Assembly: GCA_965238075.1 (NCBI GenBank)
Contig: OZ250173.1
Location: forward strand, 2,144,001-2,208,000
Reading direction: 5' to 3'
Origin: Candidatus Entotheonellaceae bacterium
GTDB lineage: Bacteria > Tectomicrobia > Entotheonellia > Entotheonellales > Entotheonellaceae
Length of the DNA: 64,000 bases
A program made the position numbers and the translations under genes. Below the pieces are notes generated by a model. The model did not search any database, had not been told where the DNA came from, and saw only the letters and a program-made list of their open reading frames with translations. Below are positions 49,217-60,017 of the stretch, one piece after another. Each line of letters starts with the position of its first letter. Position 1 is the stretch's first letter.

Positions 49217-50401
49217 ATGCGTTCCCCTCTCCCTAGCCCTCCCCCGCGGAGGGGGGAGGGGACCAGATCTAACCCTCCAACGCAAAAGGGGTTTACTCCC
49301 TCTCCCCTGGTGGGAGAGGGTTGGGGTGAGGGGGAAGCCCCGGCTAGCAAGCCATATTGGTCCGTAAGTGCCCTAATCCGACCTACACTTCTACTCGCCG
49401 CCGTGCTGCTCCTGAACGGCTGCGGCGTCGGGCACCTGTTGCACCTGGCAAAGGGGCAGGCGGACTTGCTGCGGCAGCGCCGCCCGGTGCAGGAGGCGCT
49501 GCAGGACGCCCGGCTCAGCGACGCCCAGCGCGACAAGATTCGCCTCATCCTCAAGGTGCGGGCGTTCGGCATCGAGCACCTCGGGCTGTACGACAGCGCC
49601 ACCTACACCACCTTCGTGCACCTGGACCAGCCGTTCGTCAGCTACAACCTCACCGCCTCGCCGGTCGACGCCATCGAGCCCTATGTGTGGCGCTATCCCT
49701 TCGTCGGGCGCATGCCGTACCAGGGCTTCTTCAGCCAGGATGGCGCCCTGGCCGCGCAAGGCGAACTGCAACAGCTCGGCTACGATACCTACCTGCGCGG
49801 CGTGCGCGCCTACAGCACCCTCGGCTATTTCGCCGATCCGATCCTCTCCAGCATGCTGTCCTACCCCGACGGCGCCCTGATCGAAACCGTCCTGCACGAG
49901 ATGCTGCACCAGACGGTGTGGATCAAGGGCCACGTCAGCTTCAACGAAAGTCTGGCCAGTTTCGTGGGGCAGAAGGGCGCCGAAGCGTATGTGACGCACC
50001 ATGACGGCGTGGATTCCCCAGCCCATCGGGATTACCTGGACCGCCGCGCCGACGCCGACCTCCTGCGCACCCATCTGCAGCAACTCATCTCCCGCCTGCA
50101 GGATCTCTATCAGGAGCCGGTCAGCCGGGAGGAGAAGCTGCGCCGCCGCGAAGCCCTGTTCGACGAGGCCGTCGCAACCTGGCCGGCGCTCTTTCCTCGT
50201 ATGAAAACCCACGCCTACCGCCGCTTCTTCGAAGGCCGAACCCTCAACAACGCCCTGCTGCTTTCCTTCCGCGTCTACAACCGCGACACTGATTTCTTCG
50301 ACGATGCCCTCGCCGCTCACGATGGCGACCTGCGCCGCACCATCGCCTACTTCAAAACCCTCCGCGCCCGTGATATCCCCGACGCCTTCCGCACGCCGTA
50401 A
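49217..50401 (+). CDS. Lipoprotein zinc aminopeptidase (Aminopep/DUF2265 family); start uncertain
   Basis: Lipobox LNGC, W.YPFVG.MPYQGFF, AYSTLGYFADP, HEMLH...FNESLA. Confidence 0.82.
   Translation: MRSPLPSPPPRRGEGTRSNPPTQKGFTPSPLVGEGWGEGEAPASKPYWSVSALIRPTLLLAAVLLLNGCGVGHLLHLAKGQADLLRQRRPVQEALQDARLSDAQRDKIRLILKVRAFGIEHLGLYDSATYTTFVHLDQPFVSYNLTASPVDAIEPYVWRYPFVGRMPYQGFFSQDGALAAQGELQQLGYDTYLRGVRAYSTLGYFADPILSSMLSYPDGALIETVLHEMLHQTVWIKGHVSFNESLASFVGQKGAEAYVTHHDGVDSPAHRDYLDRRADADLLRTHLQQLISRLQDLYQEPVSREEKLRRREALFDEAVATWPALFPRMKTHAYRRFFEGRTLNNALLLSFRVYNRDTDFFDDALAAHDGDLRRTIAYFKTLRARDIPDAFRTP
49222..49336. repeat. Pair of GC-rich REP-like palindromes
   Basis: CCCCTCTCCCTAGCCCTCCCCCGCGGAGGGGGGAGGGG and CCCTCTCCCCTGGTGGGAGAGGGTTGGGGTGAGGGG; same family as the 3155 and 31553 units. 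Confidence 0.8.
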
Positions 50402-50454
50402 AGGTGTGTCAGTCGGATTTGCCGGGGTGGAAGCCGGAGGGTATCTAACCTACA

Positions 50455-51819
50455 ATGAACGCCATGAGATCATCTCACCCCGAGGCCGCCGCCGAATCAA
50501 ACCTGGCAAACCCGTTGCCGTCCTCGCCAGGCTTCCGCGATACCACCTTCACGGAGAATCACGAGGTTGCCCTGCATCGCTGGGTGCCCTGGATCGCCGG
50601 GTTCTCCGGCTCTTTTGTCGCCGGGGTGCTCGATACCGTCAGGCAGCGCGGCAAGATGCGCGTCCTGGACCCCTTCGCCGGGGTCGGCACCACCCTCATC
50701 GAAGCCCTGAAAAAAGGCGACGATACCATCGGGTTCGAGATCAATCCCTATGCGGCGCTCGCCTGCAAGGTGAAGGCCAACGCCGGGCACTATGACGTGG
50801 CGAACCTGGATGGCCTGATCGCCCGCTTCGAGGCGTACGGCGCGGCGGCATCCTGGCTGCACACAAAGCCCGCCTCAGCACGCCCGGCGGGTTTTCGCAG
50901 CCGCTCACCGTTTTTCAGTGATACCGTGGAACGGCAGGTATTGGCGTGCCTGGATTTTGTCGCCGCGGAAACTACGGATTGGCTGAAGGACCTGTTCCAC
51001 GTCGCCTTCGGTTCCGTGATGGTGAGCTTTTCCAACTACACCTATGAGCCGAGCCTCGGTACGCGCGCCGGCGCGGGCAAGCCCGACATCGCCGACGCCG
51101 ACGTCTTCGACATCGTCCGGCGCAAGTTGCAGGAAATGCGGGACGATATCGTCAGGTTCCAGGGCTGGTTGGCCAAGCACAAGCCGGTTCCGCGCGCCAC
51201 CGTGCACCCGTTGTCCTACCTCGACCACGCCCACTTGATCGAGCCCCGCAGCATCGACGTGCTCATCACCTCACCGCCGTACCTCAACAACTATCACTAC
51301 ATCCGCAATACGCGCCCGCACCTCTTCTGGCTCGGCCTGGCGCAGTCGCCTGTCGACCTGAAGGCCATCGAACGCCAGAGCTTTGGGCTGTTCTGGCAGA
51401 CGGTGCGATCGGGTCCGCCGGTTGCTCTGCAGCCCGACCTGCCCCACCTGGCCGAGCAGATCGAGCAGCTTCGCGCCCTGCATCCCGAAAAAGGTCCTTA
51501 CGGCGGCTCCGGCTGGGCCAATTATGCCGCTGCGTACTTCAACGACTGTCAGCGCTTCTGTGCCGTCACGCTGAGCCGCATGCGTCCCGGCGGCGCCGTG
51601 GTCGTCGTGATCGGCAACAACATCCTGCAGGGCATCGAGTTTCAGACGGACCGGCTGTTCGCGGAGATTGCGGAGCGGGCGGGGTTCAAGCTCGTGAAGC
51701 TGCACGAGGTGCGCAAGCGACGGACGGGGAATAGCATCGTCAATTCATCGGTGCGGATCGGATCGGCGCGTCAACGGGCACGGCTGTACGAAACCGCGGT
51801 CGAGCTGCGGGCGCCGTAG
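50455..51819 (+). CDS. DNA amino-methyltransferase, alpha class, probably m4C
   Basis: VLDPFAGVGTT (motif I) precedes ITSPPY (motif IV); convergent with the REase. Confidence 0.85.
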   Translation: MNAMRSSHPEAAAESNLANPLPSSPGFRDTTFTENHEVALHRWVPWIAGFSGSFVAGVLDTVRQRGKMRVLDPFAGVGTTLIEALKKGDDTIGFEINPYAALACKVKANAGHYDVANLDGLIARFEAYGAAASWLHTKPASARPAGFRSRSPFFSDTVERQVLACLDFVAAETTDWLKDLFHVAFGSVMVSFSNYTYEPSLGTRAGAGKPDIADADVFDIVRRKLQEMRDDIVRFQGWLAKHKPVPRATVHPLSYLDHAHLIEPRSIDVLITSPPYLNNYHYIRNTRPHLFWLGLAQSPVDLKAIERQSFGLFWQTVRSGPPVALQPDLPHLAEQIEQLRALHPEKGPYGGSGWANYAAAYFNDCQRFCAVTLSRMRPGGAVVVVIGNNILQGIEFQTDRLFAEIAERAGFKLVKLHEVRKRRTGNSIVNSSVRIGSARQRARLYETAVELRAP

Positions 51820-51826
51820 TCCGGCC

Positions 51827-52399
51827 TCAATCCAGCAGCGCCAGAACATCCTCAACGGTCTCGTCGGTCCGCAACGCCTCGGCCCAGGGCCGTCCCGGAT
51901 GCACGACGTCCCATCGGGGGCGCCGCATGGCGCGTCGGCCGCGACCGGGATCGTGGTTGCCGAAGCCGTCGATCACGGTATTCCACACCGGCCGGAAGTG
52001 TTCGAGCAGGAACCGCTCCGCCAGGTCGATCCATACCGGGACAACGACCAGATAGCGGCACCTGAACTCGCTCAGATGCAGATTGCGGGCCTGCTCGACG
52101 GACCTGCTGTGTTGCCGCAGGCGGCGGAACAATTCGCCGCTGCTGCCGTCCGCGCCGCTGCTTCTGCCGCCCTTTCGCCCCCCGGCCGGCGCCGCCTTGC
52201 CGACGTAGATGGGGGTATGGCACTCCTGAGAAGCGATCCCCTCGTAAAACGGCAGCCCGCCGGCATAGTACAGCGCGTAAACGCCGGAGCCGGAAAACTC
52301 GGTTGCCGGCGGCATGGCGACGGCTTCCGCTTCCAGCAGCGCCTTCACGACGCTGCGAGCCAGATTCTCGTAGTGCAGGGGATCGTACGCCTCCACCAT
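51827..52399 (-). CDS. Eco29kI-family GIY-YIG type II restriction endonuclease
   Basis: YDPL.Y.NL, GVYALYY, PIYVGKA, RL..H..S, AE..L, PVWN..IDGFGNHDPG.GR, WD..HPGR.WA. Confidence 0.9.
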   Translation of the reverse strand: MVEAYDPLHYENLARSVVKALLEAEAVAMPPATEFSGSGVYALYYAGGLPFYEGIASQECHTPIYVGKAAPAGGRKGGRSSGADGSSGELFRRLRQHSRSVEQARNLHLSEFRCRYLVVVPVWIDLAERFLLEHFRPVWNTVIDGFGNHDPGRGRRAMRRPRWDVVHPGRPWAEALRTDETVEDVLALLD

Positions 52400-52448
52400 T
52401 CGCTTGGTCTTTCCTGCTGAAAATAGACCCGTCCAAAGCCTCCCGAGT

Positions 52449-52551
52449 CGTCATTCCGGGCTTGACCCGGAATCCAGCATCCCGGATTGAGTCTGGAGCA
52501 GGCTCTTTGCTCCCGGAGAAGCCCTGGATTCCGGCTTTCGCCGGAGTGACG
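52449..52551. repeat. REP/REPIN-like inverted repeat (CGTCATTCCGG family)
   Basis: CGTCATTCCGGGCTTGACCCGGAATCCAG ... CTGGATTCCGGCTTTCGCCGGAGTGACG. Confidence 0.75.
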
Positions 52552-52673
52552 GATCAGGACCCATTTTCACGACTCTTATACGGCCTGCAAGATCATCGGG
52601 GATTGCAATGAAGACGGCAGAGGTCCGCGCGACGGTTGAGGCTCACGCCGTTCCGCCGCATGGCGACGGTCCG

Positions 52674-53879
<1,206 letters not shown>

Positions 53880-54002
53880 GGATTCAATTCTCCTTAAGGG
53901 GGATGCTGGTAGACATTTTGCGGGGGTTTGCAAAGGGCGCATTCTACCATAGCGCCCGTGGCGTCGCATCCTGATGCCTCACTGGAACACGGGCTCAGCT
54001 CT

Positions 54003-54044
54003 GTAGGTTGGGTTAGCCGGAGGGCGTAACCCGCATTCCGACAT
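54003..54044. repeat. GTAG-family REP
   Basis: GTAGGTTGGGTTAGCCGGAGGGCGTAACCC..CCGACAT. Confidence 0.65.
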
Positions 54045-54643
54045 CAGGCGTGTGTAACAGGCGTCAGCCACGGCATCAGCCGCTGCCACAGGCGCAGGCG
54101 GCCCTCGTGGTTGTGGGACGAAAACAGCAGGAGCGGCTCGTCGTCCGGCAGGGCGAGGCCGCGGCGGATTTCCCGCTCGTGGGCGGCGCGCTGGTTGCGT
54201 TTGACCTTGTCGGTCTTGGTGGCGACCGTCAGCACGGTGACCTGCTTGTTCAGCAGCCAGGCGCGCAATTGCCAATCCAGCTCGCTGGGCGTGTGGCGGA
54301 AATCGATGATGTGCACCACAGCGCGCAGCATGTCTTGGTGCTTCATGTACGCCTCTACCATCGGCCGCCAGCTCGCCTGCATCTCGCGCGGCACCCGGGC
54401 GTAGCCGTAGCCGGGAAAATCGACAAAGCTGAATCGTCCATTGACCACGAAGAAATTGAGGGTGCGCGTCTTGCCGGGCGTGCCGCTGGTTTTAACCAGG
54501 TTCTTGCGGTGCACCAGGGTGTTGATCAGCGAGGATTTGCCGACGTTCGAGCGTCCGGCGAACGCCACTTCGGGGAGCCGTTGGCGCGGATATTGCGTTG
54601 GGGACGCGGCGCTGGTAACGAATTCGGCGGAGATGATTTTCAT
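54044..54643 (-). CDS. yihA: Ribosome biogenesis GTPase YihA/EngB
   Basis: GRSNVGKSS, TPGKT, DFPGYGY, TKTDK. Confidence 0.95.
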   Translation of the reverse strand: MKIISAEFVTSAASPTQYPRQRLPEVAFAGRSNVGKSSLINTLVHRKNLVKTSGTPGKTRTLNFFVVNGRFSFVDFPGYGYARVPREMQASWRPMVEAYMKHQDMLRAVVHIIDFRHTPSELDWQLRAWLLNKQVTVLTVATKTDKVKRNQRAAHEREIRRGLALPDDEPLLLFSSHNHEGRLRLWQRLMPWLTPVTHA

Positions 54644-54657
54644 AACGTGTATCCACA

Positions 54658-54689
54658 GTAGGTTGGATTAGCGCAGCGTCATCCGACAT
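54658..54689. repeat. GTAG-family REP
   Basis: GTAGGTTGGATTAGCGCAGCGTCATCCGACAT. Confidence 0.7.
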
Positions 54690-54693
54690 TTCG

Positions 54694-57450
54694 CTATCTG
54701 ACCGCTCTCAAGTCTCTGCTGCGATGCCGGTGGTCCTCGGCGCGGCGGTGCACGATGGCTTCCAACTCGTCGTACGAATACCCCGGCGCGGCTGCCCGGG
54801 TTGCTTGGGCATTCTGCCAACGGGCTGTCCAGGCGGCCGGCAGGCTGATCTGGCGCACCGCGATTTCCGCCACGAAGACGCCCAGGGCCGCCAGCACGAA
54901 CCACGGCCAGAAGTCGTTCAGCGGGCGCCCCGGTCCCGATGGGAGATCGGCCGGCTGTGCGGTGCTGAACAGGATGCCGGCGGCATCCTCGGGCGCGTCG
55001 GCAGGAAGCACCTGACCGCCGGTGCGCTCCGCCAGGCGGGTCAGCAGGTGGCGGTTGACGGCCAGCCCCAGGTACTCCGCCGAATAGGGCAGGGCGATGC
55101 CGACGGTTTTCGGCCCGATGGTCGCCTCTCCCTGTTGGCCCACGAGGCTGAGAAGATACTCGCCGCGACCGCTGACGGCAAACCGCCCCTGGTAGCGGCC
55201 CGGCGCTGTCTGCGTCAGTTCCAGCGGCAGGGTGTCCTTTTCCGGCGTCAGCACGCGGCTGCCCTGCAGGTCGAGGCGGTTGACGAACCGATCCTCGGCG
55301 TCATACACGTCGGCCTGCACGATGGCTTGGCCCTCGCGCACGTCCACCCGCACGTCAACGCTCTCGGGCGTGTTCGTGCGCTGCACCCAGCGCACAAGCT
55401 GGGCGGCGAACGGACCGAACTGCGGCCAGTGCAGCCAGTCCTTGCCCCAGCGCGGCCCCAGATCGGCGGTGAATGCCGCGGTGTGCCCCAGGCCGTAGCG
55501 CTGCACCGCCAGCAGCGGATCGTCGTTTGGGGTGGTGAGCAGCACCTCGGCGGCCGGCTTGCCGTAGGTCACCACGTAGCCGTACAGCGGCGGCGCCTCG
55601 TCAATTCCCACGCCGCGCAACAACTCGTGATTGCGCTGCAAGAGCGGCTGGAACGCGCCCTCCTCGATCAGGCTGCGCGACACCAGAATGGTCTCGGCGG
55701 TGAAGATGCGCGGGATGTTGAGGGCGTCGTCGGTGTAATAGCTCCGCCCCTTGCCCCAGTGCGCGATGGCGTCCATGAGGGTGCGGTCGGCGTCCTGCCC
55801 CAGCGCCACCGTGGTGACGGTGATGTTGTCGGCCACGGCGTCGCGCATCAGCGACTCGAACTCCATGTTCGGCGTCAGGCCGTCGGACAGCGCGATCAGG
55901 TGCTTCTTCACCGCCGGCACGTCGCGCAGCGTGCCGAGCCCTTCCTGCAGGGCCTTGAACAGATCGGTGCCGCCGCCGTGGGTGAGGGCAGCCAGCCGAC
56001 CGGCGATCTGCTCGCGCTTGCCCGCCTCGCTCATCGGCACGCTCCAGTCCCACTCGGCGTTGAAGGCCAATACCCCCACCTGGTCGAAGGGATTGAGCAG
56101 CTTCATTGACGAAAAGGCGGCGATCTTGGCCACCTCCAGCTTGGTGGTGCGGTCGCCGAAGCCCGACGCCGGCGCGCCGCTGACGTTGCTGCCCATGCTG
56201 TCCGAGCGGTCGATGACCATGACCATCGCCAGGCTGGGGATCGACACCTTGGTGGGCACGTCCATGTCCACCGGCAGGATTTTCTCCAGCGGCGTGCGGT
56301 AGTAGCCGCCGGCGCCGAAGCTCTTCTCGCCGCCCAGCATCAGCACGCCGCCGCCCATGTCGCGCACGTAGCGCTCCAGCACCTCCATCTGCGACACCGA
56401 AATGCCGAAGCCGGGCACGTTGTCGAAGACAAGGGCAGCGTACTCCAGGTAATCGCTGAGCATGTGGGGGAGGTCCTGCCACGGACGGCTGCGCACGTCG
56501 AGCCCCTGCTGCTGCAACGCCTGCACGAGCGGCGCGTCTTGGTCCGGCGGGTCGTAGAGCCGCAGCACCTTGGGGCGGCCGCGCACCTCGGTGAAGGTCT
56601 GCCGGTGGTTGTTTTCCGGCATGGTGTCGTGCGGGCTGTTGACGACGATCTGGTAGAGCTGCATGCCCTCGTCCTTGGCCTGTTCCAGGAAGCGGTGGCG
56701 GTTCTTGCCGGGCCGCAGCACGACCTCCTGCCGCGCCACGAAGGACCCCTCGTGGAACAGTTCCAGCGACGCCGGGGTTTCGATGCTGCTGAAGACGACG
56801 GCCTCGACGTGATAGGGCGTGCCCATCCGTATCTGCTTGGGGGCGACCAGCTCTTCCACTCGCACCTCGGGCTCCTGCTGCCCGCGCCCCAACGGTACCG
56901 GAAAGACCGACACGCCGAGGGAGCGGGCGATCAACACGGCCTCGGCCGCCGAGGCGACGTTCTCGTTGCCGTCGCTGAGCAGCACCAGCCGCTTGGCGCC
57001 ATCGGTCGGGAAGCTGGCGGCGCTGACTTGCAACGCGCGGGCGATGTTGGTGGCGCTGCCGTCCACCTCGGAGGCGATCTCGGGCAGGCTGAAGCGCTTG
57101 GCGACATCGTGTTCAAGGAAGGCGTCGGTGCCAAACACGACGAGCCCGGCACCATCCTGCGGGCGCTTGTCGCCGCTGACGGCGCGGATGAAATCGAGCG
57201 CCTGCTGGCGTACGGCAGCGCTGAGGCTGTGCGACAGGTCGAGCGCAAAGACGACGTTGGCCTGCTCGTCGGGTTGCGTCAGGGCGAAGCGCGCCAAGCC
57301 GCCGACCAGCAGCAACAGCGCGAGCAGCCGCAGGCCGCTGAGCAGACGCCGCCGCATCGGCGCGAGTCGCCGGGGCGTGCGGCGCAACCACAGGAGCAGC
57401 AGCGGCGCCAGCAGTAACAGGGCGATGAACCAGGGATAGAGTACGCGCAT
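54694..57450 (-). CDS. Membrane protein with two vWA domains and a GATase1-like domain
   Basis: MIDAS-like DLSHS and DRSDSM, LLSDGNEN, GGEKSFGAGGY, QRYGLG. Confidence 0.85.
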   Translation of the reverse strand: MRVLYPWFIALLLLAPLLLLWLRRTPRRLAPMRRRLLSGLRLLALLLLVGGLARFALTQPDEQANVVFALDLSHSLSAAVRQQALDFIRAVSGDKRPQDGAGLVVFGTDAFLEHDVAKRFSLPEIASEVDGSATNIARALQVSAASFPTDGAKRLVLLSDGNENVASAAEAVLIARSLGVSVFPVPLGRGQQEPEVRVEELVAPKQIRMGTPYHVEAVVFSSIETPASLELFHEGSFVARQEVVLRPGKNRHRFLEQAKDEGMQLYQIVVNSPHDTMPENNHRQTFTEVRGRPKVLRLYDPPDQDAPLVQALQQQGLDVRSRPWQDLPHMLSDYLEYAALVFDNVPGFGISVSQMEVLERYVRDMGGGVLMLGGEKSFGAGGYYRTPLEKILPVDMDVPTKVSIPSLAMVMVIDRSDSMGSNVSGAPASGFGDRTTKLEVAKIAAFSSMKLLNPFDQVGVLAFNAEWDWSVPMSEAGKREQIAGRLAALTHGGGTDLFKALQEGLGTLRDVPAVKKHLIALSDGLTPNMEFESLMRDAVADNITVTTVALGQDADRTLMDAIAHWGKGRSYYTDDALNIPRIFTAETILVSRSLIEEGAFQPLLQRNHELLRGVGIDEAPPLYGYVVTYGKPAAEVLLTTPNDDPLLAVQRYGLGHTAAFTADLGPRWGKDWLHWPQFGPFAAQLVRWVQRTNTPESVDVRVDVREGQAIVQADVYDAEDRFVNRLDLQGSRVLTPEKDTLPLELTQTAPGRYQGRFAVSGRGEYLLSLVGQQGEATIGPKTVGIALPYSAEYLGLAVNRHLLTRLAERTGGQVLPADAPEDAAGILFSTAQPADLPSGPGRPLNDFWPWFVLAALGVFVAEIAVRQISLPAAWTARWQNAQATRAAAPGYSYDELEAIVHRRAEDHRHRSRDLRAVR

Positions 57451-57451
57451 G

Positions 57452-59311
57452 TCAGAAGTCCCGGCACCAGGTGAACCACTCGGCGCTCAGCACGGCCACC
57501 GCGCCCAGCGTCAGGGCGAGCCACAGCGGCGTTTCGGCGCTGCCGGCAGGGGCCGAGGCAGCGGCTTTGCCGGGTGTCAGCGGCGGCAGCTTGTTCGCGG
57601 GGTTGATGTCCGACTCGCCGTCGTCCAGCAGGTTGACCGTCAGATAGCGCTTGAACGTGTCCCCGGCGCGCAGGGTGTACACGCCGACGCGCCGGGTGTC
57701 GGAAAAAATCCACGGGTTGCCCTGTACCTCGTACTCTCGCTGCCGACCCTCCGGGTCCTGCACGGAGATGCGCGATAGGGGGGTATCCAGGTACAGCGGG
57801 TAGGGGGTTCCGGCCTGAATCTGGCCGCCGCCGTTGGATTCCGGGGGCGCCAGCCAGCGCAGCAGGTTACCGATGAATACCGGGAAGGCGACGCGCAGCG
57901 GCAGGTCCGACTGCATCAGGTCGAAGCCGAGGACCACCAGGCGCAGGTGTGGCTCCTCGATGACACCGAGCAGCGGCGTGTCCGGCGCGTCGACGAGGCT
58001 GTGGGCGCCGTCTTGCAGCGTCAGTTGCAGGGCCTCGGCGATGTGCACGTCAGCCAGATCGACGAAGCGCAGCAGTGGATGCTGACGCTCCCAGTCCACC
58101 ACGCGCGGCTGCGCCACCGTGCCGGTGTGCCGCACCCGGTCGTCCGGCGGCACGGCGTTGATCAGCAGGTAATTGCCGCGCAGCAGCGGCGGCGGCGTGA
58201 CGCCGTTAAAAATGATCAGGCGGTTCGACGCCAGCAGGCGCGGCAGGATGTCCGCCGATACCTGCGGCACGACGTTGACGAACACGCCGGGGATGGCGGT
58301 GAGCAGCGTTTCCAGGAAGTAGTTCGGCTCGCCGACGAGCAGAATCCAGGTCTGTGACGGCGCGGCGGCGACGCCGTAAGCGCGGTTGTCCAGCGCCAGG
58401 TCGTCGTCCAGCGCCAACTCGGCCTCGGCGACGCCTTGCAGGGGGCCGGCGACAGTGGACACGATGACTTCCTGCTGGCCGGGTTGCAGGTTCAGTTGGC
58501 GCTCCAACGGTTGTTGCGGCGGCATGCTGAGGCGTAGGGGCACCGCGACCGGTTGCGGCGAGAAGTTCTTCACGGTCAGCAGCACCTCGTAGAGTCCTTG
58601 AGCGTCCGGGACCTGCCGGAAGGCGAAGCGCGTGATGCCGACGTTGGTGTCGCCGCCGTCGACCTGGATGTGTCGCAACTGGTGGCCGAGTTGTTGGCGC
58701 AGTTGCGTCAGCTCGGCGATCCGCGGGTAGGCGCCGTCGCCGATGACGATGATCTCGTGCGAGCCGCTGCCCTGGGTGAGCGACAGTGCCAGAAACAGCG
58801 CTTCCCGCATGTTACCGGTGGTGTCGCTGGCCTGCAGGTCGCGGATGGTCTGCCGCAACAGGGCCTTCTCGCTGCTGAAAAACGCCGCCACACGCGGCTG
58901 TCGGCCGGCAGTGATGACGGCCATCTGGCGCCCGGCGGGCAATTCCTGCAACACCTGCAGGGCGTGTTCCCTGGCCTGCGCAAAGCGCGTTTCCTGCCCG
59001 GTACGGGTCTGCATGCTGGCGCTGACGTCGAGCACCAGCACGACATCGCGGCTCGGCACGGCCTGGCCGGTGAGCGCCGGTTCGGCGAGCGCCGCGGCCA
59101 GCAGGCAGACGAGCAGGATTTGCAACAGCAGCGGCAGGTTCTGCACCAGCCGCCGCAGGCCGAGGCTGCCCTGCGCCTCGCGCGCCACGCTCTCCCACAG
59201 GAACAGCGTGCTCACCCGCACGTCGCGCCGCCGGTAGCGCAGCGCGTGCAGCACGAGGAGCACGGGCACCAAGGCCAGCAGAGTAAATGCCGCCGGGTTG
59301 AGCCAGACCAT
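57452..59311 (-). CDS. BatA N-terminal + vWA domain protein
   Basis: W.NPAA...VSTLFLW...LLLQ, LVLDVSASM, C-terminal TM with EW. Confidence 0.85.
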   Translation of the reverse strand: MVWLNPAAFTLLALVPVLLVLHALRYRRRDVRVSTLFLWESVAREAQGSLGLRRLVQNLPLLLQILLVCLLAAALAEPALTGQAVPSRDVVLVLDVSASMQTRTGQETRFAQAREHALQVLQELPAGRQMAVITAGRQPRVAAFFSSEKALLRQTIRDLQASDTTGNMREALFLALSLTQGSGSHEIIVIGDGAYPRIAELTQLRQQLGHQLRHIQVDGGDTNVGITRFAFRQVPDAQGLYEVLLTVKNFSPQPVAVPLRLSMPPQQPLERQLNLQPGQQEVIVSTVAGPLQGVAEAELALDDDLALDNRAYGVAAAPSQTWILLVGEPNYFLETLLTAIPGVFVNVVPQVSADILPRLLASNRLIIFNGVTPPPLLRGNYLLINAVPPDDRVRHTGTVAQPRVVDWERQHPLLRFVDLADVHIAEALQLTLQDGAHSLVDAPDTPLLGVIEEPHLRLVVLGFDLMQSDLPLRVAFPVFIGNLLRWLAPPESNGGGQIQAGTPYPLYLDTPLSRISVQDPEGRQREYEVQGNPWIFSDTRRVGVYTLRAGDTFKRYLTVNLLDDGESDINPANKLPPLTPGKAAASAPAGSAETPLWLALTLGAVAVLSAEWFTWCRDF

Positions 59312-59325
59312 GGGTGTTTCCTATC

Positions 59326-59359
59326 GTAGGTCGGATTAGCCGCAGGCGTCATCCGACAT
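59326..59359. repeat. GTAG-family REP
   Basis: GTAGGTCGGATTAGCCGCAGGCGTCATCCGACAT. Confidence 0.7.
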
Positions 59360-59367
59360 TCCGCTTC

Positions 59368-59715
59368 TCAGATATAGCGCACTTGATTTTGCATTTCCTC
59401 AGCGGTCACATGATTGAGGATCTGCAGGAGGCGCCGGGTAATCTCTTGAGGCGGACGACGCACGGCGATAATGATGCCGTGATGGGTTCGATCTGACGCG
59501 AAGTAGCCCTGAGCCAGCGTCTCGAAATCGGTGCGGTTATGGGTCAGAAGAGCATAATGACAGCTCGCGGCATAGGCCAACTGGTCGTCATCGCTGTTGT
59601 GGAGTTGTCCGGCTTCCCGGGTTGTGGTGGCCGTGAACCCGCGCGCTCGTATGAAGTCTGCGACCAAGACATCCACGTCTTCATCGAGATACAAGGCAAC
59701 AAAGAGATCGTTCAC
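59368..59715 (-). CDS. DUF5615 PIN-like toxin
   Basis: LYLDEDV, SDDDQL.YA, LLTHN..DF, HHGII. Confidence 0.85.
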   Translation of the reverse strand: MNDLFVALYLDEDVDVLVADFIRARGFTATTTREAGQLHNSDDDQLAYAASCHYALLTHNRTDFETLAQGYFASDRTHHGIIIAVRRPPQEITRRLLQILNHVTAEEMQNQVRYI

Positions 59716-59993
59716 GGCTCGCGCACCAATGGATCAATCAGGGCGTCTGGAATCCGGTTGCGAGCAATATAGGCGTTGATCTCGGTCTGATGATCACTGT
59801 AATAACTCAGGGCATCAAATACTTGTGCCGAGGTGAGATGGGGCAAGCGGCTGGGGATTTCCTCCGCTAGGATCCCCAGCCGCCACACCTCTACGACCGC
59901 ACGTACTGGGGTACGTGTTCCCTTGATAATCGGCTCGCCACTCAGAATCCGATCATCGGTGACGATATGGCAGTGTTCTGTTGCTTGTACCAT
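59712..59993 (-). CDS. DUF433 antitoxin
   Basis: ILSGEPIIKGTRTPV...LT.AQVFDALSYY. Confidence 0.9.
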   Translation of the reverse strand: MVQATEHCHIVTDDRILSGEPIIKGTRTPVRAVVEVWRLGILAEEIPSRLPHLTSAQVFDALSYYSDHQTEINAYIARNRIPDALIDPLVREP

Positions 59994-60017
59994 CCTGTCT
60001 GTTCTCCATAAGTGACG

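Noticed and set aside
53880-53990. SAM riboswitch upstream of metK
   Set aside because: An extended -10-like TGGTAGAAT (minus strand, 53941-53949) leaves only a short leader; no SAM-I or SAM-II consensus recognised.
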